Assembly (NCBI RefSeq): GCF_006345805.1
Contig: NC_043012.1
Location: 33,480,001-33,544,000, forward strand
Direction: 5' to 3'
Length of the DNA stretch: 64,000 nucleotides
DNA from: Octopus sinensis
Lineage: Eukaryota
Positions 1 to 11,200 of the stretch are shown piece by piece (the stretch's first letter is position 1; each line of letters opens with the position of its first letter). The notes under the pieces are model-generated. The model searched no databases. It was given only the letters and a program-made list of their open reading frames with translations, and had not been told where the DNA came from. The position numbers were made by a program, and so were the translations under genes.

Positions 1-363
1 CGGAAACTGAAAGAAGCCTGTCAGTCAATTCGGTCAACTAAAACTTTCTCCAGGGTGATGCTCCAGCAAGTCCGTAGTCTTATGGCTGAGACAACATAAA
101 AGATGGATGATCTATGCAGCTGATCATTCTACACATCCGTGAACACAGCATAATTCCCAACAAAAATTAGCTGAAGGTGTGAGAAGGACGTATCTTTTCA
201 AATACAGGTAAACTCCACCGGCGGGCTTCTTTACAGTTTCCGTCCAGCCAGTCCCATTCACAAGGCATGGATCGTATCGAGGCTATATAAATAAACAACG
301 GCCCAGGCCGCGTAGTATGCGAAGCGGATTTGTAAACTATTCGGTCAAACTATGCTTAGATGT

Positions 364-364
<1 letters not shown>

Positions 365-456
<92 letters not shown>

Positions 457-890
457 TGTGCGTGTGTGTGTGTGCGTGTGTGTGTGTATGTGCTCACGCG
501 GGTGCATGCATATGTGTGACTGTTTATGTATATGTGTGTATATGTGTGTCCTTAAATTATGCACACACACACAGACACACGTGTGTGTAAGTATGCGCGT
601 ATGTAGACCTGTGTATGTATATGCATATAGGTAAGTGTTAATGCATATATTTATGCACCCACTTACACACATTCACATGTATGTATGTATGTATGCATGT
701 ATTGCGGGTATATGTGTGTGTAAGCATTGCATGTATATATGTGTGTATGCGTGTATATTTATGTATGTGTGTGTTTGTAAGAGCTGTTTCTCCATGTATG
801 TATCCGTTGCGTGTATGCATTGCGTGTATATGAGTATGTCTGCATTGCGTGTCTATGTATGTGTGTGTTTGTATGAGTTGTTTGCGTACA
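365..890. repeat. (TG)n microsatellite decaying into TG/TA-rich low complexity
   Basis: Long pure TG run from ~365 followed by degenerate tgta/tgtg repeats. Confidence 0.9.
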
Positions 891-1109
891 AAACCTTCGA
901 AACCAATAGACATGTTGTGTGACCACATGGTGCGATCAGCTACATGCAATACTATCTGCTGTGTATATAATATTGATTAAAGCAGCTGCCACGGCAATAG
1001 CTGTGGCAAGTCACACTCATTTTAGCTTCAAATGAAATTTTCCATCTTTATTGCATCATGCTCTGAACAACAGATTTCGCATTCTTTTCGGTAACATTAT
1101 TAGTACCCT

Positions 1110-1700
1110 AAGGCAGCGAGCTGGCAGAAACGTTAGCACGCCGGGCGAAATGCTTAGCGGTATTTCGTCTGCCGCTACGTTCTGAGTTCAAATTCCGCCG
1201 AGGTCGAATTTGCCTTTCATCCTTTCGGTGTCGATTAAATGAGTACCAGTTACGCACTGGGGTCGATATAATCGACTTAATCCGTTTGTCTGTCCTTGTT
1301 TGTCCTCTCTGTGTTTAGCCCCTTATGGGTAATAAAGTAATAGGTATTTCGTCTGCCGCTACGTTCTGAGTTCAAATTCCGCCGAGGTCGACTTTGCCTT
1401 TCATCCTTTCGGGGTTGATTAAATGAGTACCAGTTACGCACTGGGGTCGATATAATCGACTTAATCCGTTTGTCTGTCCTTGTTTGTCCTCTCTGTGTTT
1501 AGCCCCTTGTGGGTAGTAAAGAAATAGGTATTTCGTCTCCCGTTACGTTCTGAGTTCAAATTTCGCCGAGGTCGACTTTGCCTTTCATCCTTTCGGGGTC
1601 GATAAATTAAGTACTTGTTGCGTACTGGAGTCGATCTAATTGACTGGCCCCCTCCTTCAAAATTTCGGCCCTTATGCCTAGAGTAGAAAAGATTATTATT
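1110..1700 (+). mobile_element. tRNA-derived Nin/Deu-domain SINE (family B), head-to-tail trimer
   Basis: Head ggcagcgagctggcagaaacgttagc; B-box-like gagttcaaattcc; Deu/Nin-like core gcctttcatcctttcggggtcgat-aaat-agtaccag repeated 3 times at ~185-bp spacing; last unit has a different tail ending (ATT)n. Confidence 0.85.
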
Positions 1701-2329
1701 ATTACCCAGGTGGCAAATATATGATTATCATTATTATTCGCCCTGAAAAGGGCGATTGGAATATAATTGATGAGGTTTAGCGAAGGACTCGCAGTAGAAA
1801 GAAACGTAGTTGAGGCAGGGCTAGTCGAAAAGTTAGACGAGACTTCTAGAAATGGCATCGCGATCGACTTTGCTCCCAGTGAGATTGGCATTGAACCAAT
1901 TCTACAACGCGAAACACGAAGGTTCCCCACCTGGACAGGACGGAATCCACAGAATGCCCACTGCATTTAAGTAAAAAAAGAAAAAAAAGAAAACAACAAC
2001 AACAAAAGGACTTTTATGTAAAATGGAAAACGTAACAATATTGTCTTCGAAACTAAGTCCTTACTCGAAGATTCATGTTTCCGGGCCTCAAACAAAGAAC
2101 TTGGAATTTTGGAACTTTGGAAGTTCTTTTATATTCTCAATGATTACTGTTTTATTTTGGATCAGTCAACAGTTGCAGACAACGTCGACGGTGACTATGG
2201 TTCGCAGGTGATCAGATGGCAGTGAATGCAAATGGCGGAAAACAATCGTGGAATGTGAAAGTATAAACGATCGGAGACAAGCGAAATGGAAAAGGATGGA
2301 GAGGAAATGGAAGAAAGTAGATAGGATAA

Positions 2330-2520
2330 AAATGAGGAGGGCAAGAAGGAAGAGGTGGAGAAGGAGGAGGGTGAGGAGGAGGAAGAAGAAGAAGGAGAAG
2401 AAGAAGAAGGAGGAGAAGAAGAAGAAGAAGAAGAAGAAGAAGAAGAAGAAGAAGAAGAAGAAGAAGAAGAAGAAGAAGAAGGAGGAGGAGGAGGATGAGG
2501 AAGAAAAAGAAGAAGAAGTA
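2330..2520. repeat. (GAA)n/(GAG)n purine microsatellite
   Basis: Direct reading. Confidence 0.9.
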
Positions 2521-2716
2521 GAAGCTTACAGGAGTAGAAGCACCATGTGTAAATGAAGGAAAGAAAGAAGGCGAAATATGAAGGAGAAAGCTAAAAAGCT
2601 ATATGGAATATTAGCAAAGAAAAGAAATAATGTTTCGGCAGCAGTCAAAAGGTCTCCTTTCCTGCGGTTTTATGAACTTCAGTCGTGTTTACTGAGGAAT
2701 GAAGTATTGGCTGAAA

Positions 2717-2749
2717 TCTTTATATATATAAAACTGAGAATGTGTGTGT

Positions 2750-2790
<41 letters not shown>

Positions 2791-4179
2791 TGTCTATCTG
2801 TCTGTGTGTTTCCCTAAAACTTGAGAACTACACAACCAATTTCATTCAAATTTTACACATGCCTTACTTAGGGTCCGGTTAGTGTCATCGGCAAAAAAAT
2901 GTTCAACTTCTTGCCTAGAGCGAGCCCATAGCAATATCATATCTTCTCCACTATTTCAGTATTACGTGTTAAAAGTGAAACAAAAACATTTTGTATATTT
3001 TATGTCAGATGTTTTCACTTTAACAATAAAAATAATAATAATAATAAGTAATAATTAAAATCAAACTAAAGTATAATATAATCGTAACATATCAAAAGTA
3101 AAAATAGCAATTGGTATAAAATTGCATCAATGATTTAAACTTGAATAAGTGGTTTCACATGAATGGGAATAAATTAAAAATAAAATTAGCGTGTAGAAAT
3201 GGAATAGTCCAGATGGACTATTATACATAAAGGACTATAGCTTCAACTGCGTACTGTTTTTTTATTCACTGTAAGGTTTGTTATTATTATTACTGTTTAA
3301 CTATTGTTATCACGTTTGTTGGTTCCTCGTAAGGGAAATGTTGTTGTGTTGCATTTGTTAAATAATTGTGAACTGTAACCCACCCCACTTTGGGAGAAGG
3401 AGCTTTGGTTATTGCTTAAAAATTGAATTGTGTCCCTGTTAGGGGAAATTGGCAATATTTTCACCGATTACACGGAAGCATTTTTGTTAGAAGAAAGTCC
3501 AAAAATGAATTTCGCTGCAGCCGTCGGCCGGCGCGAACTTATTGAAATTAAAATGGAAGAAATATGGATTGATCACCGACAAAGACGGTGAATCTAGGAT
3601 TACGCCACCAAACAAAATATTAAATTAAATTAAAGAAAAAAACTATTGTCTATAAAGTATACAATGTAGAGAAAAAAAAAAGATTTGAACACCTGGAGGA
3701 AAGCACCATCGAAAAGTGTCTTGGTGTGACTATGAAAGATATCTAAGCAGAGGCGGTAAATTCGCAACAATAGAAGCAAGGTTCGGGTGAACGGAGCGTG
3801 CAAGGGAGTACTCGACTCGAACTTGCAAAGTGGAAATATTTTATTTTTACCTTTATATCTGGGACGTAGGACGTCCCGGAAAAAGATTTTAAATGTCCCC
3901 CCCCGCCGAAGTAGAGGTAGGCTGGATTGTAGCCACACATCTATACAAGAGTGAGGACAAGATACAATTGATCGAAATTACAAGAGACGGGCTAACAATT
4001 CCAGTCTGTTATATATTTTGAGTATTGTTATCACTGGCAATATTAAGATATAACTTTGTATTTTGTATTCTATGTGTAGATGTATATATATAGATGCACA
4101 TGTAATATGTACACATATATATACACATATATACATGCACTAGCACTATGACCCGGCAACGACGGGTCTTTAATGCTAG
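2717..4179 (+). mobile_element. Non-autonomous Helitron-like element
   Basis: Starts A|TCTTTATATATATAAAA followed by a TG/TCTG microsatellite; ends with hairpin gacccg-gcaacga-cgggtc then CTAG|T; no TSD. Confidence 0.7.
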
Positions 4180-4300
4180 TATATATATATAAAACTGAGA
4201 ATGTGTGTCTGTCTGCATGAATCCCTAAAACTTGGGAACTACACAACCAATTTCATTCAAATTTTACACATGCCTTACTTAGGGTCCATGTAGTGTCATG
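4180..4300 (+). mobile_element. Second 5' end of the same Helitron family, abutting the CTAG of the first copy
   Basis: tatatatataaaactgagaatgtg...ccctaaaacttg-gaactacacaaccaatttcattcaaattttacacatgccttacttagggtcc...tagtgtcat matches 2720-2889. Confidence 0.8.
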
Positions 4301-4855
4301 GGCTCGCTCTGGGCGCCATTGGGTCGACTGTGGGCCGGTAGCTGTGTACAGTCGACGCTATGGCGACCAGAGCTCGTCCGGGGCGACATTGGAGCGACTG
4401 TACACAGCTACCGGCCCACAGTCGACGCTACGACGACCAGAGCTCGCCCTGGCCGCCATTGGGGCGACTGTACACAGCTACCAGCCCACAGTCGACGGTA
4501 TGGCGACCAGAGCTCGCCCTGGGCGCCATTGGGGCGACTGTACACAGCTACCGGTCCACAGTCGACGATATGGCGACCAGAGCTCGCTCTGGGCGCCATT
4601 GGGGCGACTGTACACAGCTACCGGCCCACAGTCGACGGTATGGCGACCAGAGCTCGCCCTGGGCGCCATTAGGGCGACTGTACACAGCTACCGGCCCACA
4701 GTCGACGCTACGACGACCAGAGCTCGCCCTGGGCGCCATTAGGGCGACTGTACACAGCTACCGGCCCACAGTCGATGGTATGGCGACCAGAGCTGGCCCT
4801 GGGCGCCATTGGGGCGACTGTACACAGCTACCGGTCCACAGTCGACGCTATGGCA
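4301..4855 (+). repeat. GC-rich 70-bp tandem array (~8 units), two stem-loops per unit
   Basis: (t/c)g(g/a)cgaccag recurs at 4361, 4431, 4501, 4571, 4641, 4711 and 4781; stems tggcg-ccag/ctgg-cgcca and cgactgt/acagtcg. Confidence 0.95.
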
Positions 4856-5638
4856 TTGGTGTCATTATTACAAACGGGTTGGGTTGGGTTAGCGTCGACT
4901 TTGCAAATTAAATAAAATTTGAGATACGTGGAACGTCAAAGCTGCTAACAAAAACAGGACAGTGAAAACATTCGGTAAGGGCTGTTTAACCCTAACGAGG
5001 TGAAGTGGTGAACGCTGGAGAAAAATAGCTTTGTCAAGAGACAGACAAGAATACGTGTTATATTTATAAACTGAACGAGAAGAAAAGAATTACATTTAGA
5101 AATAGAGATCTATAATTATTGAGGACAGAATCTGAGTTAGAAATAGAGAACCATAAATATTGTACTATGCATAAAGTGGTGGCTTACATTCGGGGCTTCC
5201 AATTTCTCTGTAAAATACAAGATAGTCGCAAAATCATCGCATATGTCACCATCGATTACAAACACCGGTGGAAGATAAAAGTTCCAGAGGACATTCTTCT
5301 TCTTTCGTTTGTACAAGGATCATATTATGTTTCGGCTTAAAATAAATTATCGATACATATATAATGTATAGAAATATATAAAAACCAGAATAGAAAATAA
5401 ACGTCTTAGGCATATAAAATGAGATAACATGAGATATCAAGGTGTTATAAACTTGAAACCTACTAGAATATCATTGATAATATATATCAAGTCATCCAAT
5501 CAGTTCTGTCCAATTTTATCTTTTTTTTTAGATTTGAACGAAATTTAATAGTATTTTCAAATGTCTAATTCAATTAAAAATTATTTTTATGCATTTGTGT
5601 ACGTTTGAACTAATACAATATTGTTTTACAAAATAATA

Positions 5639-6962
5639 GAGGGTGTCCAAAAAGTCTGCGTACATGGGGATTAACACATACTTTTAAAACAAACCAATTT
5701 TATTTAATTATAATGTTAATAAATAATATTTTCAAAGTGATTTCCATCATTTTTCAATGCATGACTTGATGCGCCTGGCAAAATTCAGGTGAACTTGATT
5801 AAATAAGTCTACATTGCCATCAATTTCAGCACACTGACTGGTAATGCGTTCTCTCATGTGTTTTAAATCTGTAATCTTTATTGTAATCATTCTCTTTCAA
5901 CATACCCCAGAAAAAGAAATCAAGGGGAGAAAGGTCTGGTGAACGAGGGGACCTTTCCATATGAGCCCTTCTTCCAATCCAATGAGGAAAAGTGTCATTA
6001 AGCCAATCTCTAACAGTTGTGGCAAAATGGGTAGGGGCCCCATCCTGCTGAAACCAATTCGGAAGGCCCTCGCCTAGGCGCTCAATTTGAGATATTAATT
6101 TGTCTCTCAATATGTTTACATAAGTCTCATCCGTTACATGTTCAATGAAGAAGGGTCCAAGAACATGAGCTTTCCACAAACCACACCACACCATCACCTT
6201 TTCGCTGCCTTGCTGTTTGGATGGATCCATCCAATGTGGATTACCTCGAGACCAGTATAGAAGATTCTGTCTGTTGACCTCACCATTTACATAAAACGTA
6301 GCTTTGTCACTGAACAACAAAGTTTTTCGTAAAATTGATATTTTCATCCAATTTATTTGAAAACCATTCTCACGTCTACATTCGTCTATCAGGGTCGTCT
6401 TCATTTAAGTGATGCAATATCTGTAGGTTGTATAGATGAAACTTTTCCTCAACCAGCATTTTGTGGATGGTTGATTTTGGAACACCTGACACCGTGGATG
6501 TCCGACGAAGTGATTTCTTGGGCTAGCAGAAACTTTAGCCATGACAGCCTCTTTCGTTTCATCTGAAGTCTTTGGTCGCCCGGAACGGGGTTTATCCAAA
6601 ACACTGCCTGTTTCTTTAAATTTCTTGATCAATTTCCCGACGGCAGTAAAAAAAATAGGTTACCTATAAGGGTGTCGAAGATTAAATTCTTCCGCAATTT
6701 TGCGATAAGACCATCCCTCTCGTCCACTTAATAATACTAACTCGATTCTTTCTTCTTTAGACAGATCCATCATTCGATCTGGGATTCTTTCTTCTTTAGA
6801 CAGAGCCATCATTCGATCATCTGTAGAATAAATAAATAAATTTAGAAAAGTAAAGTATTTTTTTATTTAATTTAAACAAAAGTAAAAATGGAAAATTATT
6901 ATTTCTTATATTTGTTTATGTTATGATTTTATTGCATGTACCCAGACTTCGTGGACACCCTA
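5639..6962 (-). mobile_element. Tc1/mariner-superfamily transposon, rosa/DD41D-like, full length but decayed
   Basis: ~27-bp TIRs agggtgtccaaaaagtctgcgtacatg / catgtacccagacttcgtggacaccct enclosing a disrupted transposase. Confidence 0.85.
5826..6773 (-). pseudogene. DD(40/41)D transposase pseudogene
   Basis: MDLSKEERIELV...KKFKETGSVLDKPRSGRP...FSDKATF...VMVWCG...FQQDGAPTH...SPDLSPLDFFFWG; contains a stop and frameshifts; 40 residues between the 2nd and 3rd D in this copy. Confidence 0.85.
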
Positions 6963-6990
6963 AAATTGCTTTGATTAAAACCCTTTCAAC

Positions 6991-7834
6991 ATGGAAGTAT
7001 CCAAGGAGCATTTAAGGCACATATAATTCTTTATGAGTACAATAAAGGTAACTCTGCAGCCGAAGTGACTCGAAACATACACTCAGTTTATGGGAAAGTG
7101 CTTGAATGAAAGAACTTGCTGGAGATCGTTTGCAAAATTGAAGATGAAGATCGAATTTGATGTCCAGTTGAGTTTGATGATAAGCTCCTTGAGGAATTAC
7201 TGGAAGAAAATCCGTCATTATCAGTTGAAGAATTGGCAATAAAGCTTACTTTAAACCATACAACAGTTCATCGTCATCTTCAACAACGTGGAAAGATTCC
7301 TAAACTTGGAAAATAGGTGCCTCATGTATTGTCCGAAAGCAACCGCAAATCCCGAGTTGACATCTGCTCTTCTCTCCATTCTCGCAAATTCATTTCACCC
7401 TTTTTCGATAGACTTGTGACGAAAAATGGATTTTCTATCGAAATGTTAAACGTCGTAAACAGTGGCTTGGTAAAAGGGAAAATGCTCAACCACAACTGAG
7501 AAGGGAACTTCATGGGAAAAAGGTTCTACTCTATCTGGTGCGATTGCAAAGGCGTAATTCACTTTATATTGTTATCACCTAATGCAACAATCAATGCTTA
7601 AGTCTACTGTCAGCAATTAGAGTGTTTTTAATTCCTTAGAAGATGCCTTGACGAATTCTTTGCCTTGAAACCACCCCAATTCTGGGAAGAGGGTATTTTC
7701 AAGGTAAAGGAAAGATGGAGACGTATTGTGAAACGAAATGGTTCAGATTTGGTTGATTAAAAATGTAATGGCAAGTATTTAGTGACCTTTACTTTCCTTT
7801 AAAAATCGGCACGAACTTTCCGGACAACCCAATA
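6991..7834 (+). mobile_element. Decayed, internally deleted mariner (DD34D-type) remnant with right TIR
   Basis: MEVSKEHLRHI...NSAAEV, GK*VPHVL (WVPHEL motif), DEKWI, C-terminus FWEEGI...ERWRRIVKRNG; end aaaatcggcacgaactttccggacaacccaata. Confidence 0.8.
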
Positions 7835-8298
7835 CAAACATAACAATGAAATACGAATATAAGCATGAAAAATAAAAACCTAAATTGAAAGACGCGATTA
7901 AAATTTTTTTTCTAACCTGCAGCCGTTTCAGAAAAGTGGTTGTACGAAGTATTCGAAATTCAGCCCTCCTTCCTCAACGTTCTTTCTCGAGGTAAAATCC
8001 AGCAAAAAGCATTAAGGCACTACATGGTGAATATTCAGTTGATTTTATTACTACCCACAAGGGGCGAACATAGAGGGGACAATACAATCTGATGTGGGGT
8101 CAGACATACGGATGGTTTTTACAAAAAATCGGATTTAAAAATAACATGAAATTACAAGAATATACACAAAATCGAATGATGGAATAGACCGGAAGACATT
8201 ACAGGTGGAGTGGGTGCGGGTTTAGCTCGGACCCCACGAGCCCCGCCTCCCCACTGATACTTTTGGTTGCGCTTGGTATTACATTTATGTTGTATCTT

Positions 8299-11200
8299 TC
8301 ACTCGCAACTTCCGTGCCACATTTTCCATCGTTCTTCATACACTCTCCTAGTCAGGCATATTCTCTCCAGCCCTATCTTCCTTTTCAGGTGGAAGATGAA
8401 ATAATTCATCAAACCAGGGCCAGAGATGAACTTGCCTGACTGTAAACCTTTCACTCTCGTCTTCCATATCACCTCTTTCGCAATTGCTACTACAACGAGA
8501 AAACGAAACTTACCTTCATTCACGAGGAAATCCGGTGGGTCAATTTTTGTAATCGACTCAGTCGACAGCTGTACTCTTCGTGTACCTGACAACAGCTGTT
8601 CGGCATAAACCCACACCTCAGACACGTCCGGACAATGAACAATAGCGTGCGGGACGGTTTCCCTATCCCGCCCGCATCTTGGACATATCGGACTGTCTCG
8701 GCCACCGTGCCTTGCGAGTTTATCCCGAACAGGTAGAGCTCCTCTGTAGCATTGCCATGCCAGAGACTTCTGGAAGTTGTCCAGTGTCCTCGGCTTGAAC
8801 GTACGTCGGAACAGACTGGCCAGCTGATTATCGTCGAGACCTAGGGTTTCCCCCAAGGTATCTTCACATTCCGCCTCTACCAACCCTCTATAGAAGAATG
8901 TGGTGGAACCCCCACCGCAGGCGTTGCCCGAGCGACGGAATAGCAGGAGAGCCTTGCGACACTCCGTGTACCAAGTACCGAGTTTCGATCTACGATTCGA
9001 CCAGGTTTCCCATCCACCGAAACTAGTGAACTTGGGAAACATCAGTTTTGCTAACGGAGACCACACCCGTTCACCATCCAGGTAGAGCCACAGATGTCTT
9101 AACCTCAGCGCATGTCTGCGCATCATCAGCCAAGGCATCCCTAGCCCACCCTTTAACGGTTGTTGACAGCAAGTAGAGCGTTTCACAAATGGTTTCCTAC
9201 CCTTCCACAAGAAGTAGAAGAGCTGTCTTTCCAACTTGGTCAACCACGAATCGGGGCAAGGAACGACGGAAAGGCGGTAGGTGATAACCGATGCGATAAA
9301 CACATTGGCCACCTCCGCCCTCTCTTTCAAGGATAGCCACCGCCAAGACCAGGTCTTGGCTACTGCAGCCACCTTGCTCGTTACCTCGCCCCAATTCTTC
9401 TCTATTTGGAGGTCTGGACCGAACCGGACCCCTAGCAATTTAATCGGACCCTCCGTCCAACGTCCCACGACGCTGTCAGGAGGCATCGACTTGCCTCTCC
9501 AGGTGCCGAGTTGCAAGCCGACTGACTTTTCGCGATTAACTTTTGCTCCTGTCACCGTCTCGTAAACCTCTATGGCCTTGCCTACTTTACATAGGTGGTC
9601 CATTTCGGTTACGATGATGGTGATGTCATCCGCGTACGCTGACACTGATTTTCCATTACCCGGCTGTCTCGGGATGCCGCTCAGTTTTCGCAGTAATGGC
9701 TCTAGAGCCATCACGTACAAAAGCGGGGAGAGCGGACACCCTTGACGAACCGAGCGTTTGATTTTGAACGGCTTCGACAAGAAGCCGTTCACCCGAACTA
9801 CCGAGTCGATGTTATCATACATTTGGATAATCCACCCGAGGAAGCCAAGGCTCAGCCCGAACTGTGCCAGGGCAGATACCAGGTAACGATGGTCGACCCT
9901 ATCAAAGGCTTTAGATTGGTCTAAATGGACCAGTACCCCACCCTTGCCAGAATCACTATTAAACCCCTCTATAGTGTACCGCATTAGATGGAGATTATCC
10001 TGAATGGATCTGCCCGGAACGGCACATGTCTGTGCCTCTCCGATCAGACCATCCGCGACACGCGCCAATCTTTTCGATAACACTTTGGCCAAAATCTTCA
10101 ACTCTGTGTTTAGCAGAGTGATGGGCCTGAAATTATCAATGCACTCCCCCTTGCTCGGGTCCTTTCTGACGAGAGTCACTACTCCCCGGCGCACAGATCT
10201 GGGTATAAGCCCGTTCTGCTGCCAGTTCGCATAGACCTCCGCCAGTAGGTGCCCGAACAAGTCTGGCATACTCTTATATAACTCATAGGGTAGACCATCC
10301 AAACCCGGCGCCTTGCCTGCGCCGCAGTCCGCCATTGCCTCAAACACCTTCTCAGGCGTGATTGGCCCTTCACAGACCTCCGCATCTCGCCCCGATAAGC
10401 GCGGCAGCCCGTCGAGTAGGTCCGTAAAGGCCCTCCTCCTATCCAGTCCGCCGCACTCACCGAAAAGCTGAGCGAAGTGCTCCTGAAAGGCCTCACACAT
10501 CTCCTCGGGTTCGTTTATCAACTCACCTTGTTGGTTCGTCAAAGATCGATTCGTGGCACCGTTACCATGCTGAGCTTCCACCACTCGGGCCCATCTCACG
10601 GCGTTGATTCCTTCACATCCCATATGGCGGATTCTAGCCCTGACAATGCAGCCCATGTGTTTGGCCTTGAGGTGCTGGTTTAACACCAGTCTCTTGGACG
10701 CCACCTGAGCCGCAGAGCCAGTTTTCAAGGCTTCCTCTAATTCCTTAACTAGAGTAGTTTCCCTTCTAGCCTCTCTAGCCACTACTCCTCTGCTATATCT
10801 AATAGACTCAAACTTGATGGCTCGTTTGAGGGCGTACCACCATTTGTTATTAATGATGGTACCAGATAGTGCCCTCTGAATTATATCCCTAATCCGGTCT
10901 TTGTACTCCTTAATCGCCAAAAGGGACGTATTAAGTTTCCAGTAACCGGATCCTCTATTTTTAACCTTATCTATGTCAAGCTTACAGGTGACCATTTTAT
11001 GATCACTGTAGCTGATCGGGTAAAACTGTGGACACTTAGCTATTTTTCTGTCTACTTTTCTAATTAGTATTCTATCTAAATATGACCTGGAAGATCCGTC
11101 GCTGTTTGACCATGTCCACAATGGAGCGTTCGGAAATTCCATCCTATAAGGATCTGCTAGCTCAAAGCGGCTTAGCAGATCCATGAAGCCACTGTTGCCT

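Noticed and set aside
317-949. ORFs rich in CV/HT/IY/LSIY repeats here and throughout the window
   Set aside because: Translations of stop-free microsatellites
1767-1970. 67-aa ORF in moderately GC-rich unique sequence
   Set aside because: Short, with no motif or splice support
4293-4911. Overlapping ORFs in three frames and CRISPR-like periodicity
   Set aside because: By-product of a GC-rich 70-bp tandem repeat; no unique spacers or cas genes
8426-10683. Small ORFs overlapping the LINE ORF2
   Set aside because: Shadow frames of a GC-richer coding sequence
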